A DNA stretch of 64,000 bases from Phoronis australis. Lineage: Eukaryota > Animalia > Phoronida. Position 1 is the first letter of the stretch; each line of letters begins with the position of its first letter. This document shows, one piece after another, positions 53,601 through 64,000 of this stretch. The stretch is from NCBI GenBank assembly GCA_002633005.1, contig NMRA01000030.1, forward strand, positions 124,001-188,000, in the 5' to 3' direction. The position numbers and the translations under genes are program-made. The notes beneath the pieces are model-generated. The model was not told where the DNA came from. It did not search any database and saw only the letters and a list, made by a program, of their open reading frames with translations.

Positions 53601-56600
53601 AATTGGCATGTACTCTTGGGTGACGCTGTTTGTGCTAATATGCCTCAAAAACAAAGACTGTTTCTGTCTAGTGGAACTTTAACATGATTGTAACTTTGAC
53701 GTAATTGGAGATTTTGTAATCATTGCTGATGTACAGCCACCAAGAATGTGCATCAGATTTTGTTTCAACATGACAACAGCTGCAACATAATGGCTCCTTC
53801 AGGAAGCCTTTGGGAACCATGTCATGTTCCAAAACATGGTGTCTGTGTTATCGGTGTTTCAAGAAAGGTCGAACTTCAGTTGAAAGTGATGAACATTGTG
53901 GTTGAATGTTGACGTGCAAAACAGCACAGACTGTTGAAAAAGTGCATAGAAGACAACCAGAGAATCATTCAAGACGTTTGCAACATTTTAGGAATGTCAT
54001 GCAGGAGTGCTCAGCGCATTTTCTCTGACAGACTGAACAGGGGTCACATTTCTGCATATTTTGTTCAACGATGAACAGAAGGCCAGGATATCAAAAAAAA
54101 GGTTTTAAAAGATTATTACTGCTGATGAATTGTGGGTGCATGGCTGTGACCCCGAGACTTGACCCCAAGACTGACCAATAGTTATTGCAAGAGATGTCAC
54201 CTGGTTCACCGAGACTGAACTGAGTTTAAGGCTACATGAAATCCATGTTGATTATTTTTTGCATTCGCAGGGCATTGCTCACAAGAAATATGTTTCTCAG
54301 GGGCAAGCTAAGGATTGGATATTGTTTGCCAGAAATGATCAGAACAATGGGAAAGCAATGACTGCACTTTCATCTTTAGAGTGTGCCTGTTCACACATTG
54401 CTCATTTCTAGGAGTTCTTGGATTCTAGAAACACTATAATCATTTCACCACCAGTCTAGCTCCCTGTGACTTTCTTCTGTTTCCCTAAGAGCTAAATTTC
54501 AAGTTGAAGGGGCTAGTTAATTCAGGAGAATCGAAGACAATTGCTGATGTAATTGTTGAAAGAGACTATGATATTATCAGAAATACCTAGGCTGCTGAAA
54601 TATACACTGGGATCATTGCGTACATGCCAGGGGGGTTATTACGAAGAGACTAGTTGATAGATTACCAGTTCTAGGAAACAAATAACCTTTTTTATCTGAG
54701 CGTTCCTTTCATTGTGGACAGCAGCATCATTGCCATTGTCATCTTTGGTGTATGAGCCATGACTAACACTAGCAGTGACCTCTTTATAAGTGGCAGTCTT
54801 TGTAATCACACCTGCATTTGTGTCATTGAGTTCATGACAACACCATCGATGTTGTGGTCGGTGCCAGTATCATCACCCATGTTTTGGTTGCTGTTGGTGA
54901 CATGGCCATGTTTTGGTTGCTATTGGTGACATGGCCATGTTTTGGTTGCTATCGGTGATATGGCCGTGTTCTTGCTTTCATCCTGTTTTAAGTTCTTTTT
55001 ATTCAAGGTCACCTGTAGTCACTCCTCAGATCGCTTTCATTTTTTCTTATTTCATAGAGAAATGATAGGCATCAAGACAAAACATAGTGAATATTATTTA
55101 TATTAAGTTATGATTAAAACTGTGGTGACAGTGATTTTAGCATGTCATTTATCATTATTGTTAGCAATGGACATAAGCTAACAATGATGTTAGTGATATT
55201 AAAAGGCTCTGAACTAATAACAGTTTATTCCATTTCAGACATATCTACATTCCATTAGGTGGCTCCTCCTATGGGATATTCAGACAACTTCTCGCGTCTG
55301 GTGCTTGCTTCCTATTCATATTCTTCTGGCATGGTGCCGAGTACTATCTGTTTGTTTGGACTGTGTTAAACTTCATTGGAATAAGCATTGAAGCTGCAGG
55401 AAAGTCCATCACTAAGTTACCTGTCTTCCAGACGTATCAGGTAAAACAGTAACTCTAAAGAAGGTTGAGAAGGTCATCAAACTTTACCCAAGACTGGTTC
55501 TGTCTCTTGTTTAATTATACTTGAAACAATTTCTTGAGTTTTAACTCTCAAAATGGATGCCATGGGTTATAGCAAACAAATGCTTGCCTTGTTACACGTT
55601 AGCCAAATATACTATCAATTCCAAATCTTTTGTCACAGCTACTATTATCTTTTGGCTGAAACACCTTTCGGATTTTACACGAGGCTTTACTATATATTCC
55701 TTCGCAGCACCCTCTTTGACCTGAAAGAAACTTTAATTGTCAATGAAAACTTCTCTTTTCCTTTCAAACTTTCAACCACAAAATTATAGACTTTCTGATT
55801 GTAAGTCATCAAAAGCACTTGTATACATGAGCCAGCACTCAAAAATTCCCTAATCAAGCGTTATTTAAATTTTTGGTAAAAGCGTCCGTTGGCAATTTGA
55901 AGGTGGCTTGACGACCGCTCCAGTTTTCTTAGCTGAAGTCAGTGTATGTTTGCGTGTATGGACCAACAGGTGAACAGGAAGTAGACACTCAGTCTTCCGG
56001 TAGTGAACAGCAATAATATCTCAGTCACATTTTGAATAGATCTCCATTGCTTTGCAAATAGACTACATTCAGCATTAGATCTAAACTTTGGTCAAGTTGC
56101 ATGCCATGTTGAAAATTTGCTATGTTGAGATGACCAAGCATAAGGGTTTGCCGCACTATCCGTAGCAAATGTATTGAAACCCTTCTTACAGTGTTTAAGC
56201 TCACTTGAGTAAACATACATGAATATTAATGTTATGTAGAACCCTAGGAAAATTTCCAAATTTGGTTTACTATAGAACATCATATAAATGGCAGACTGGA
56301 TTCATATGAAATGTTCAGATAATATGCTTTATTTTTATGCTCTTCTGCAAACGGATGTTAGAAATTGCTTTTAAAATGTTCCACATGTGAGNAACTGTCT
56401 GTGTGGTATCGGTGTTTCAAGAAAGGTCTAATTTCAGTTGAAAGTGATGAACATTGACGTGCAAAACAGCACAGACTGTTGAAAAAGTGCACACAGTTAT
56501 CATGGAAGACAACCAGAGAATCATTCAAGACGTTTGCAACATTTTAGGAATGTCTTGCAGGAGTGCTCAGCGCATTTTCTCTGACAGACTGAACAAGGGT

Positions 56601-59415
56601 CACATTTCTGCATATTTTGTTCAACGATGAACAGAAGGCCAGGGGGGGGGTATTACGAAGAGACTAGTTGATAGATTACCAGTTCTAGGAAACAAATAAA
56701 CTTTTTTATCTGAGCGTTCCTTTCATTGTGGACAGCAGCATCATTGCCATTCTCATCTTCGGCGTATGAGCCATGACTGTCACTAGCAGTGACCTCTTTA
56801 TAAGTGGCAGTCTTAATTCTTTGTAATCTCACCTGCATTTGTGTCATTGAGTTCCTGACAACACCATCAATGTTGTGGTCAGTGCCAGTATCATCACCCA
56901 TGTTTTGGTTGCTATTGGTGACATGGCCATGTTTTGGTTGCTATTGGTGATATGGCCGTGTTCTTGCTTTCATCCTGTTTTAAGTTCTTTATTCAAGGTC
57001 ACCTGTAGTCACTTCTCAGATCGCTTTCATTTTTTCTTATTTCATAGAGAAATGATGGGCATCAAGACAAAACATAGTGAATATTATTTATGTTAAGTAT
57101 TAAAACTGTAGTGACAATGATTGTAGCATGTCATTTATTATTATTAGCAATGGAGATAAGCTAACAATAATGTTAGTGATATTAAAAGGCTCTGAACTCA
57201 CAACAGTTTATTCCATTTCAGACATATCTACATTCCATTAGGTGGTTCCTCCTATGGGATATTCAGACAACTTCTCGCGTCTGGTGCCTGCTTCCTATTC
57301 ATATTCTTCTGGCATGGTGCAGAATACTATCTGTTTGTTTGGACTGTGTTAAACTTCATTGGAATAAGCATTGAAGCTGCAGGAAAGTCCATCACCAAGT
57401 TACCTGTCTTCCAGACGTATCAGGTAAAACAGTAACTCTGAAGCAGATTAAGAAGATCATCAAACTTTACCCAGGACTGGTTCTGTCTCTTGTTATTATA
57501 CTTGAAACAATTTCTTGAGTTTTAACTCTCAAAATGGATGTCATGGGTTATAGCAAACAAATGCTTGCCTTGTTACACGTTAGCCAAATATACTATCAAT
57601 TCCAAATCTTTTGTCACAGCTACTATTATCTTTTGGCTGAAACACCTTTCGGATTTTACACGAGGCTTTACTATATATTCCTTCGCAGCACCCTCTTTGA
57701 CCTGAAAGAAACTTTAATTGTCAATGAAAACTTCTCTTTTCCTTTCAAACTTTCAACCACAAAATTATAGACTTTCTGATTGTAAGTCATCAAAAGCACT
57801 TGTATACATGAGCCAGCACTCAAAAATTCCCTAATCAAGCGTTATTTAAATTTTTGGTAAAAGCGTCCGTTGGCAATTTGAAGGTGGCTTGACGACCGCT
57901 CCAGTTTTCTTAGCTGAAGTCAGTGTATGTTTGCGTGTATGGACCAACAGGTGAACAGGAAGTAGACACTCAGTCTTCCGGTAGTGAACAGCAATAATAT
58001 CTCAGTCACATTTTGAATAGATCTCCATTGCTTTGCAAATAGACTACATTCAGCATTAGATCTAAACTTTGGTCAAGTTGCATGCCATGTTGAAAATTTG
58101 CTATGTTGAGATGACCAAGCATAAGGGTTTGCCGCACTATCCGTAGCAAATGTATTGAAACCCTTCTTACAGTGTTTAAGCTCACTTGAGTAAACATACA
58201 TGAATATTAATGTTATGTAGAACCCTAGGAAAATTTCCAAATTTGGCTTACTATAGAACATCATATAAATGGCAGACTGGATTCATATGAAATGTTCAGA
58301 TAATATGCTTTATTTTTATGCTCTTCTGCAAACGGATGTTAGAAATTGCTTTTAAAATGTTCCACATGTGAGAGGCTATCAAAAAATAGAACATTTCTGA
58401 TTTTTTTAAATTATAAAAAGAAACCAGAATGATCATTCAGAAAACTAATATCTTGAACATTTTACATTTAACGTTACGTTATTGATATTCTTTTTGCTAT
58501 AGATTTAGTACTACATTTTTCTAAAAATTCATCGCCACGTGGTCCAGTTAAAAGGACAGTTGATAAGAAGTCAAAAATCAAATTCTACTGGCTTTCAACT
58601 TTCAAAACTTATATTCTTTAACTGAGTTAAAGTGTACACTTTGGGATAAATACACAAACTTGTCCACAATGTCGTACATAACTATAAAGAGGTCTTCTTA
58701 AGAAATCAGTATACATATTAGGCTGATGCTCCTTTATTTGAATGTACATATTAGGCCGATGCTCCTTTATTTGAATGTGTATATTAGGCCCATGCACGTT
58801 TATTTGGTATTTGCTAAAGAAAGCTTTTTGCTCAGTGGTGTTTCTGATATAGACACGTGCTTCACAGGCTGCGATCCTTTGTATACTTGCATATCTTCAA
58901 CTCGGCATTTTGTGGTTTTGTAGATTGCTCTTGCTGCTTGATTAGTAAATGTTAAATTGATTACATGTCATTAAGTCACTACTTGTATCATTATGCTTGG
59001 AAAAAGACGTTGTGTCCAAACTACTAATGGTGGTCCTGCTTGTTTGAAACACGTGTATTTTCACGTTTGCGTTGTTAAAATTAATGCTAAAATGAGGCAT
59101 TGTGTCCTAAACAACAGCGCATAACATTATTTTTTGCAGCACCATTTATGTGTGCAAATAGTGAATTATCAATCTGTCCACTTTTCAGAAGGTGTTGTCA
59201 TATTCTTGCAGTCTGTCATTCCTGGTTACTGAGTGTTGAAGTAATCATGACTGCACTCATTAATTGTCATTTCAGGATGCTTATTATCATTATCACATTG
59301 TGTGCTTTTCTTCAGTGTCCTGACACTGATGAGTTAAAGGCAGAGTACATGAACGGGTGGACTGGTTCCCATGACTTTATTTTATTGTTTGCTCGCAAAA
59401 AGGGTTTGCCTTCCA

Positions 59416-59458
<43 letters not shown>

Positions 59459-61465
59459 TATCATTTGATCTCTTGGCAAAATTTAAATGTTAGAATACAA
59501 TGATCATTAAAAAGTGCACTTAATGTGCTCATTGCTTATCCCCACATTATTTCCTAATGTGTTCACACGAGAAATTGCTCCTGGAACGAGTATAAATCTG
59601 GAGCCTGAGCTGCATCCTGTTCCATTGTCATGTGTACAGGGAGTTAGTGCTATAAAATAGATTGTTCATTGTCTGATGATGTTAAACAAAGTGACTTCCT
59701 AGTAGACATGGTGTAACACAGATGGTCAGGCATAAACATGATTTCACACTTTAACAAAGTCAATGTAATAATAATGATCAAAGTCTGCTCATACTATTGA
59801 TTTGTTCACCTTCAATTCCAGTTTTCACGTGCAATGGAGAGACGACTTTCAGCTTTGTTAATGGTTCCGTTACTGGGTCTTTCAACGTTTGGTTACTTCT
59901 TCTTCATGGGAGGTCAAGAAGTGGGCCAACTGTATGTCAGCCGTCTGCTTGTTGGTAAGTACCACCGTGTTTTCAACGAAATTTTGCTCGCTCAGGCATT
60001 TTGCACGGAGGTTCCTGTGCCCAGAGTTTTTTGCAGTTTGCTAGCTTATTACTTATCTGTGTGATTGCTTGGCCAAATTACCAGTAGTTACAAACACAAC
60101 ACATAGTGGTGATGTGAATGTAAAGTAGCTTGAAAGTTGCCAAATGTTATTAAGAACGAGTTTTTTGGCGAAAATGATCAGTCGCAAATCACTGAACCGT
60201 GTCCATTAAGTATCGTATCATGGTGATGGGGCATAACAGTGCATGATGCGGCCTATGTGAGCGTTCGAGGTACGTCATTAGTGCAAAGGTAACATGGAGA
60301 GGCAGATCTACAGGAGGTTCAGCGGGTTTAAACCCCCCCCCCCCAGGACAGGATCAAAAATAAAAATAAAAATAAAATAAAAATCATCGGCAGGAAAACG
60401 AAATCAGGTACAAAAACCAAAAAATCTTACACAGGAAATGGGAAAACCCCCTTCCGACCTTCCCTCCACGTGGTGCTATGCGCCTCGGATTCGCGTGAAT
60501 CCTAATCCCCCTTGCTGAAAACGTAAATCTGCCACTGCCACATTTGCAGAATTTTTTGTTTTCGCTACAAATTGTCCATGAATACAAATGCACTTTGTTT
60601 AGTGTAGATGATGTTCAAATAGCATTGTTGTTTAGTTCCTGCTATACATTATTAGCATATAATTAGTTAGAAGCATGCAAATACATTCTTAAAAAACATG
60701 TCTGTCAGGATCAAAGTTCTTGAGCACAGAATTAGTAGTCACCTGATTATGACCAAATGTCAAGTTGATGGTCAACAGTTCGCTTTTAATCTAAAAACAT
60801 CATTGGGAATATAGAATACATCATGCATGATCTACAGTCAAAACAATGTAACAGGAAATAGTCACAACTAACATATACATGGAGACATCAACACACTGGT
60901 ATAGCGGTAAATTAAGGAGAAGTTTGTCAGCTGATCAGTGTTAAATAGTGACATAGGTAGCCTGTTGTGGCTAAAGCAGCCTGTGGGTCAGTGATAAATA
61001 GAGGCTAATTAAAGCACATACTGGTAGCCTGCTGATCTTTCAAAGCATATACGTCTTTCTGTTGCTTTCACTAGACAAGATTTTAACAGAGTCACGATTA
61101 ATAGTCTGTGTTGAAGTTGCCACTGCACTCATTATTGCACTTTTCTGGCCATTTGTTACAAGTTATTAGACTAGTCAACTATGACTAATCGTCTGGTTTT
61201 CTTGTCAGACAACACTTTGTGATCTGTGCTTAGGCTTATTGTAGTGTTACATTTACTGCCATGACCTTTCTGTGTACACAGTGCCCTTTTATTGCGTAAC
61301 TTGTTCTTTTTACAACCTTGAAATTGTTAATTACTCCTAATTGTTACAGGGGGTAGCACATCAGCACTACTGGCAATCAGCTACTTTACACAAATACAAG
61401 TATCCATAGATATACAGAAATGGGAGGAAACACCATTAACACCGAGGACAGTGGCGGGGACCTAA
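38680..61465 (+). CDS. HHAT: Hedgehog acyltransferase (MBOAT family, HHAT/rasp), ~533 aa (550 aa if the ATG at 38041 is used)
   Basis: Exons 38680-38857, 39728-39903 (GWSFLGRQQDISNFEWHFW), 42361-42558, 49610-49849 (RCISFGLE...YFFYLPLFFCGPIFTYDTF), 51146-51468 (GQMFMVKYVLIFG...PMCISRVYLYSQMW), 52823-52858 (36 nt, CFDRGLYSFLK), 55239-55440 or 57222-57423 (HIYIPLGGS...FFWHG), 59822-59954 (FFMGGQEVG), 61350-61465 (QVSIDIQKWEE...TAA). GT-AG introns with consistent phases; 1602 nt. Confidence 0.93.
40391..40538. mobile_element. Second copy of the dimeric MITE, 5-bp TSD CAGTG
   Basis: Same cccatg-gtc-tatggg junction; cagtg at 40386-40390 and 40539-40543. Confidence 0.8.
40909..41223. mobile_element. 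Foldback/palindromic interspersed element, copy 2
   Basis: cgatccagatcctcccaaggatactattgtttcacgaaatgtagaatataaat is identical to copy 1; inverted arm ...gttgatccattcttgttgttttattt. Confidence 0.7.
43057..48095 (+). mobile_element. ~5 kb TIR DNA transposon flanked by TTAA, with a spliced transposase-like relic (Sola3-like, tentative)
   Basis: TTAA at 43053-43056 and 48096-48099. Termini gtatcagtccacg / cgtggactagtac, plus subterminal inverted agcggcaaggtggggg(g)tcagcc. Degenerate coding pieces at ~44113-44279 and 44710-44982. Confidence 0.65.
49128..49512. repeat. 27-bp minisatellite, ~14 copies
   Basis: Unit aagctgagcacgatctcttgcaataac; it produces the spurious KLSTISCNN ORF. Confidence 0.93.
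53741..54653 (+). mobile_element. Mariner (Tc1/mariner) transposase pseudogene in an HHAT intron
   Basis: Fragmented translation QRMCIRFCF...LLQEAFG...FKKGRTSVESDE, IITADELWVHGCDPET, LAPCDF...KLKG, WDHCVHARG.YYEED*; many stops and frameshifts. Confidence 0.85.
56396..56720 (+). mobile_element. Internally deleted second copy of the mariner relic (in the duplicated block)
   Basis: Matches ~53840-54087 joined directly to ~54629 onward. Confidence 0.7.
57222..57423 (+). CDS. HHAT: Second copy of the HHAT catalytic-His exon (probable haplotype duplicate)
   Basis: 202 nt with the same splice sites as 55239-55440; five differences, all synonymous. Confidence 0.6.
59417..59456. repeat. (TTA)n microsatellite
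   Basis: Pure attattatt run. Confidence 0.9.
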
Positions 61466-61814
61466 TTATGCTGCATGCAACAAAGACAGCTATGGTGAAC
61501 ATCTAGTTTAGCATTGTGCACTTTGTTGCATTGTGTTGTTTTAGTCTGATCTGTTGTGGATATTATTGGACCAATTTTATTCTTTTGTATTTTTGACATT
61601 TGTTTTTGTCCGAAAATTCTGATAAGTTTTATACACTAAAATAACAACCGTTAAATAATTCTTTGTTGTTGCCGGTGTCCTTTCAACTGTAAGTTCTGTT
61701 GTAGATTTTACATCATAAATAGTTTGATTGGTTCACCATATTATACATACACACAGCAGTTCACATTATACATCATAAATAGATTGATAGATTCAGTATC
61801 TCACACATACACAC

Positions 61815-62018
61815 GGTGGGCTCGAATTCCCGACGTTGGGGACCTTTTGCTAACAAAAGAGCAGGCAGACTAAAAAAAAATGGAAGCACCTCTGTGAATT
61901 GCGCGTTTGCGCTTATTTAGTGGGCTTTTGTCCCATTTTCTCGGACTTTTTGTCTCTCTCGGAGGCGGATCTTTTTGTCCACTTCGCCAAATGGGGGGGG
62001 CTCATTCGAGCCCCCGAG
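61815..62018 (-). mobile_element. Partial copy of the 2643-2895 MITE family
   Basis: Ends ...ttcgagcccccgagccccccatgggtgcgcacat, the reverse complement of the 2643 start; shares the internal gacaaaag/ggactttt motifs. Confidence 0.65.
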
Positions 62019-62676
62019 CCCCCCATGGGTGCGCACATAATAGGACTGATATACATAGTGCTGGGGGAAAAGCAGTTTGTAAGTATGACTGATATTCACA
62101 CAGTGTTGGAGGGAAAGTGGGTTATAATCCCAATACACTCCTGGAGATCAAACCACAAAATGAAAATGGCACTCTTCCTGTTGGTGTGGTTAAAGCCCAC
62201 CTTCAGTGATAACATGTAAATTTAGTTCTTCCAATAAGCATCACTATGACCCTGACTATGAATTAGTCATGAAGTGACAAAAATGTAACTGGCGTTTTAC
62301 GTATACTCTGGTATCCCCAGCAGATATATACTTCTTGTGCGGTAAGGGTGATTATAAGTTCAAAGCTACTATTATCTGCTGTTCTTTGATTGCTCTTTTC
62401 TCGTGGTGACTCAGTATGGTGGGGAAAGTGCTACATCACTTAGTGGTCTTTCATGCCTGCTTGTTGACTTGGTGTTATTGCTAAATCTTTGTATCGCTCT
62501 CCCGGGGTTCGTCCTGAATAACAAGCATCTATGGTATTGTTTTTGTCTTGTTAAACTTCAGAATTCTAACTAGTGGGTGAGAACTTCCGATTTCTAATAC
62601 ATTTACTTTTTTGTGGATGGATTCAGTATTAGGTGACCAGTGTGGTATCAGTAGTGTTTATATTAGTCATCACTAT

Positions 62677-63165
62677 AGGGCCTTTCATACTAACGTCGAC
62701 GCGTCGATGGTTTGGGAAGTTGCGGTCAGTATGAACGCTTAACTCCGGTCCTGGATCGCAGTTAAAATCTCCAGTTAACATCACAGGTGGATTTAACAGC
62801 ACAGCGTCGACGCTGCGGCACAGTATGAACGCTAATTTCGGTCCAATCGAAGTGATCGCCAGGTGCCACTGTCATCGTCAACAGTTACAGGGGGTCGTCA
62901 CTAATAGCTGCTTATATTTTGCTCTATTGAATAACAGCTAATCGATTTAAAAATAAGTTTAATGTCATTTAGCACATGTAAAGGTTCTCAAATTGTCTCA
63001 TTGAAAAAAATCTTAGCGTGCAGCGCTACTTTGCGATAACTTCGATGACGACAGCGTCACCAACCGTTTACTTCGATGTTCGTTATCTACCGAAGCCAGT
63101 AGTTACGGTTCAGTTTACGTCGACGCTCCGCTCAGACCGGAGTTAAGTCGATATGAAACGGCCTT
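62677..63165. mobile_element. PIF/Harbinger-like MITE (GGCC-type termini)
   Basis: tatagggcctttcatac at the left versus atatgaaacggccttata at the right; internal repeated cgtcgacgc and cagtatgaacgct. Confidence 0.55.
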
Positions 63166-64000
63166 ATAACGGTTCACCTAACGAAAGTGTTATTCTCCTT
63201 GAGGTTTTAACTGCAGGATATATTCACATGTCCAGACCTACCCCATGTTTTAACTGCAGCATATGTTCAGGTGTCTCTTTAGTAGACCTGTTCCATGTCA
63301 CCGCAGCATATATTCACATGTCAAAATCTGCTCCATGTTTTAAGCAGCATATATTCACATGTTCTACATATTTCATGTTTTTAGGGGCGAAGAAAATACT
63401 CAAATGTTTTTCATTCAGACATATGCCCATTATCTTCACTTACAGGCACAGGGGATAGGCCCGTACCAGGGCCGTAGGAAGCGGGGCCGGGGGCACGGGC
63501 CCCACCAAAAATTTTCAGGCATCAGGGTTAAACCGTGGCAACCGACATACGCGTGGGGCGGGGACAGTCGAGAAAAGAAAGACTGCTAAATGAGAGAGAA
63601 AACTCAAAATAACATTTAACAACTCTGGGTATCAGTGAATGGTTTTACCTTTTGACGACCCTGGTCAGGACATTGTTGTGGGGTCTCTGCTTTCGCAGCA
63701 CAGGTCGTCTAAATGCACTTGGAAATGATTCATTCATATATTTCGAAAAATCGCCAAAATTTGTTAAGTGAATTTTTTCGGAGCGTATTAATTTACTGGA
63801 TTTTTAAATTCAGTAAGTCAATTTTGCGACTGCAAAACCATATTTTCCAGAGGCCCCTCTCTGGCAAGGGATAACGGAGACAACTGTCGCTTTTTTTCTC
63901 GAATTGTATATCGCTTGAGAAAATTTGATGACCTGACAGATATTATCAATTGCTACACATTTCATGAAAATATAGATATTTTCACATAGAGGGGCCCCAC

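Larger units (their letters stand above)
53840..58372 (+). repeat. Tandem duplication (~53840-56391 and ~56396-58372) joined at an 'n'
   Basis: Near-identical blocks, each with the mariner tail, HHAT exon and downstream intron; a single n at 56392 marks the junction. Confidence 0.9.

Noticed and set aside
55553-58264. Pairs of identical short ORFs suggesting duplicated small genes
   Set aside because: Intronic sequence repeated by the tandem/haplotype duplication.
59180-59200. Possible HHAT micro-exon (ttttcag|aag|gtgttg)
   Set aside because: Weak donor and the model is in frame without it; needs transcript data.

Overview
AT-rich, intron-rich invertebrate animal genomic DNA; a marine lophotrochozoan or deuterostome is my inference, not a determination. 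Three protein-coding genes can be rebuilt by hand. (1) A PAR-type bZIP transcription factor with giant-family motifs (6449-7207 +, one coding exon), sitting in a CpG-rich, gene-poor ~18 kb block with many PAR/bZIP-type sites. (2) An 8-exon ADP-ribosylarginine hydrolase, ADPRH/ARH1 (37487->20848, -, 351 aa, catalytic motifs intact). (3) A 9-10-exon Hedgehog acyltransferase, HHAT/rasp (38041 or 38680 to 61465, +), head-to-head with ADPRH across a short bidirectional promoter. Introns and intergenic DNA hold a deleted Gypsy element, a mariner relic, a ~5 kb TTAA-flanked TIR element with a spliced transposase relic, several MITE families (including a dimeric MITE with 5-bp TSDs) and minisatellites. 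The most notable oddities are an ~18-copy 37-bp minisatellite built from the ADPRH exon-7 splice acceptor, a repeat-borne array of nine same-orientation CTCF-like motifs between giant and ADPRH, and a duplicated HHAT catalytic exon across an assembly 'n' (probably a haplotype artefact). I found no tRNA, rRNA or CRISPR, and no demonstrably novel multi-gene system.
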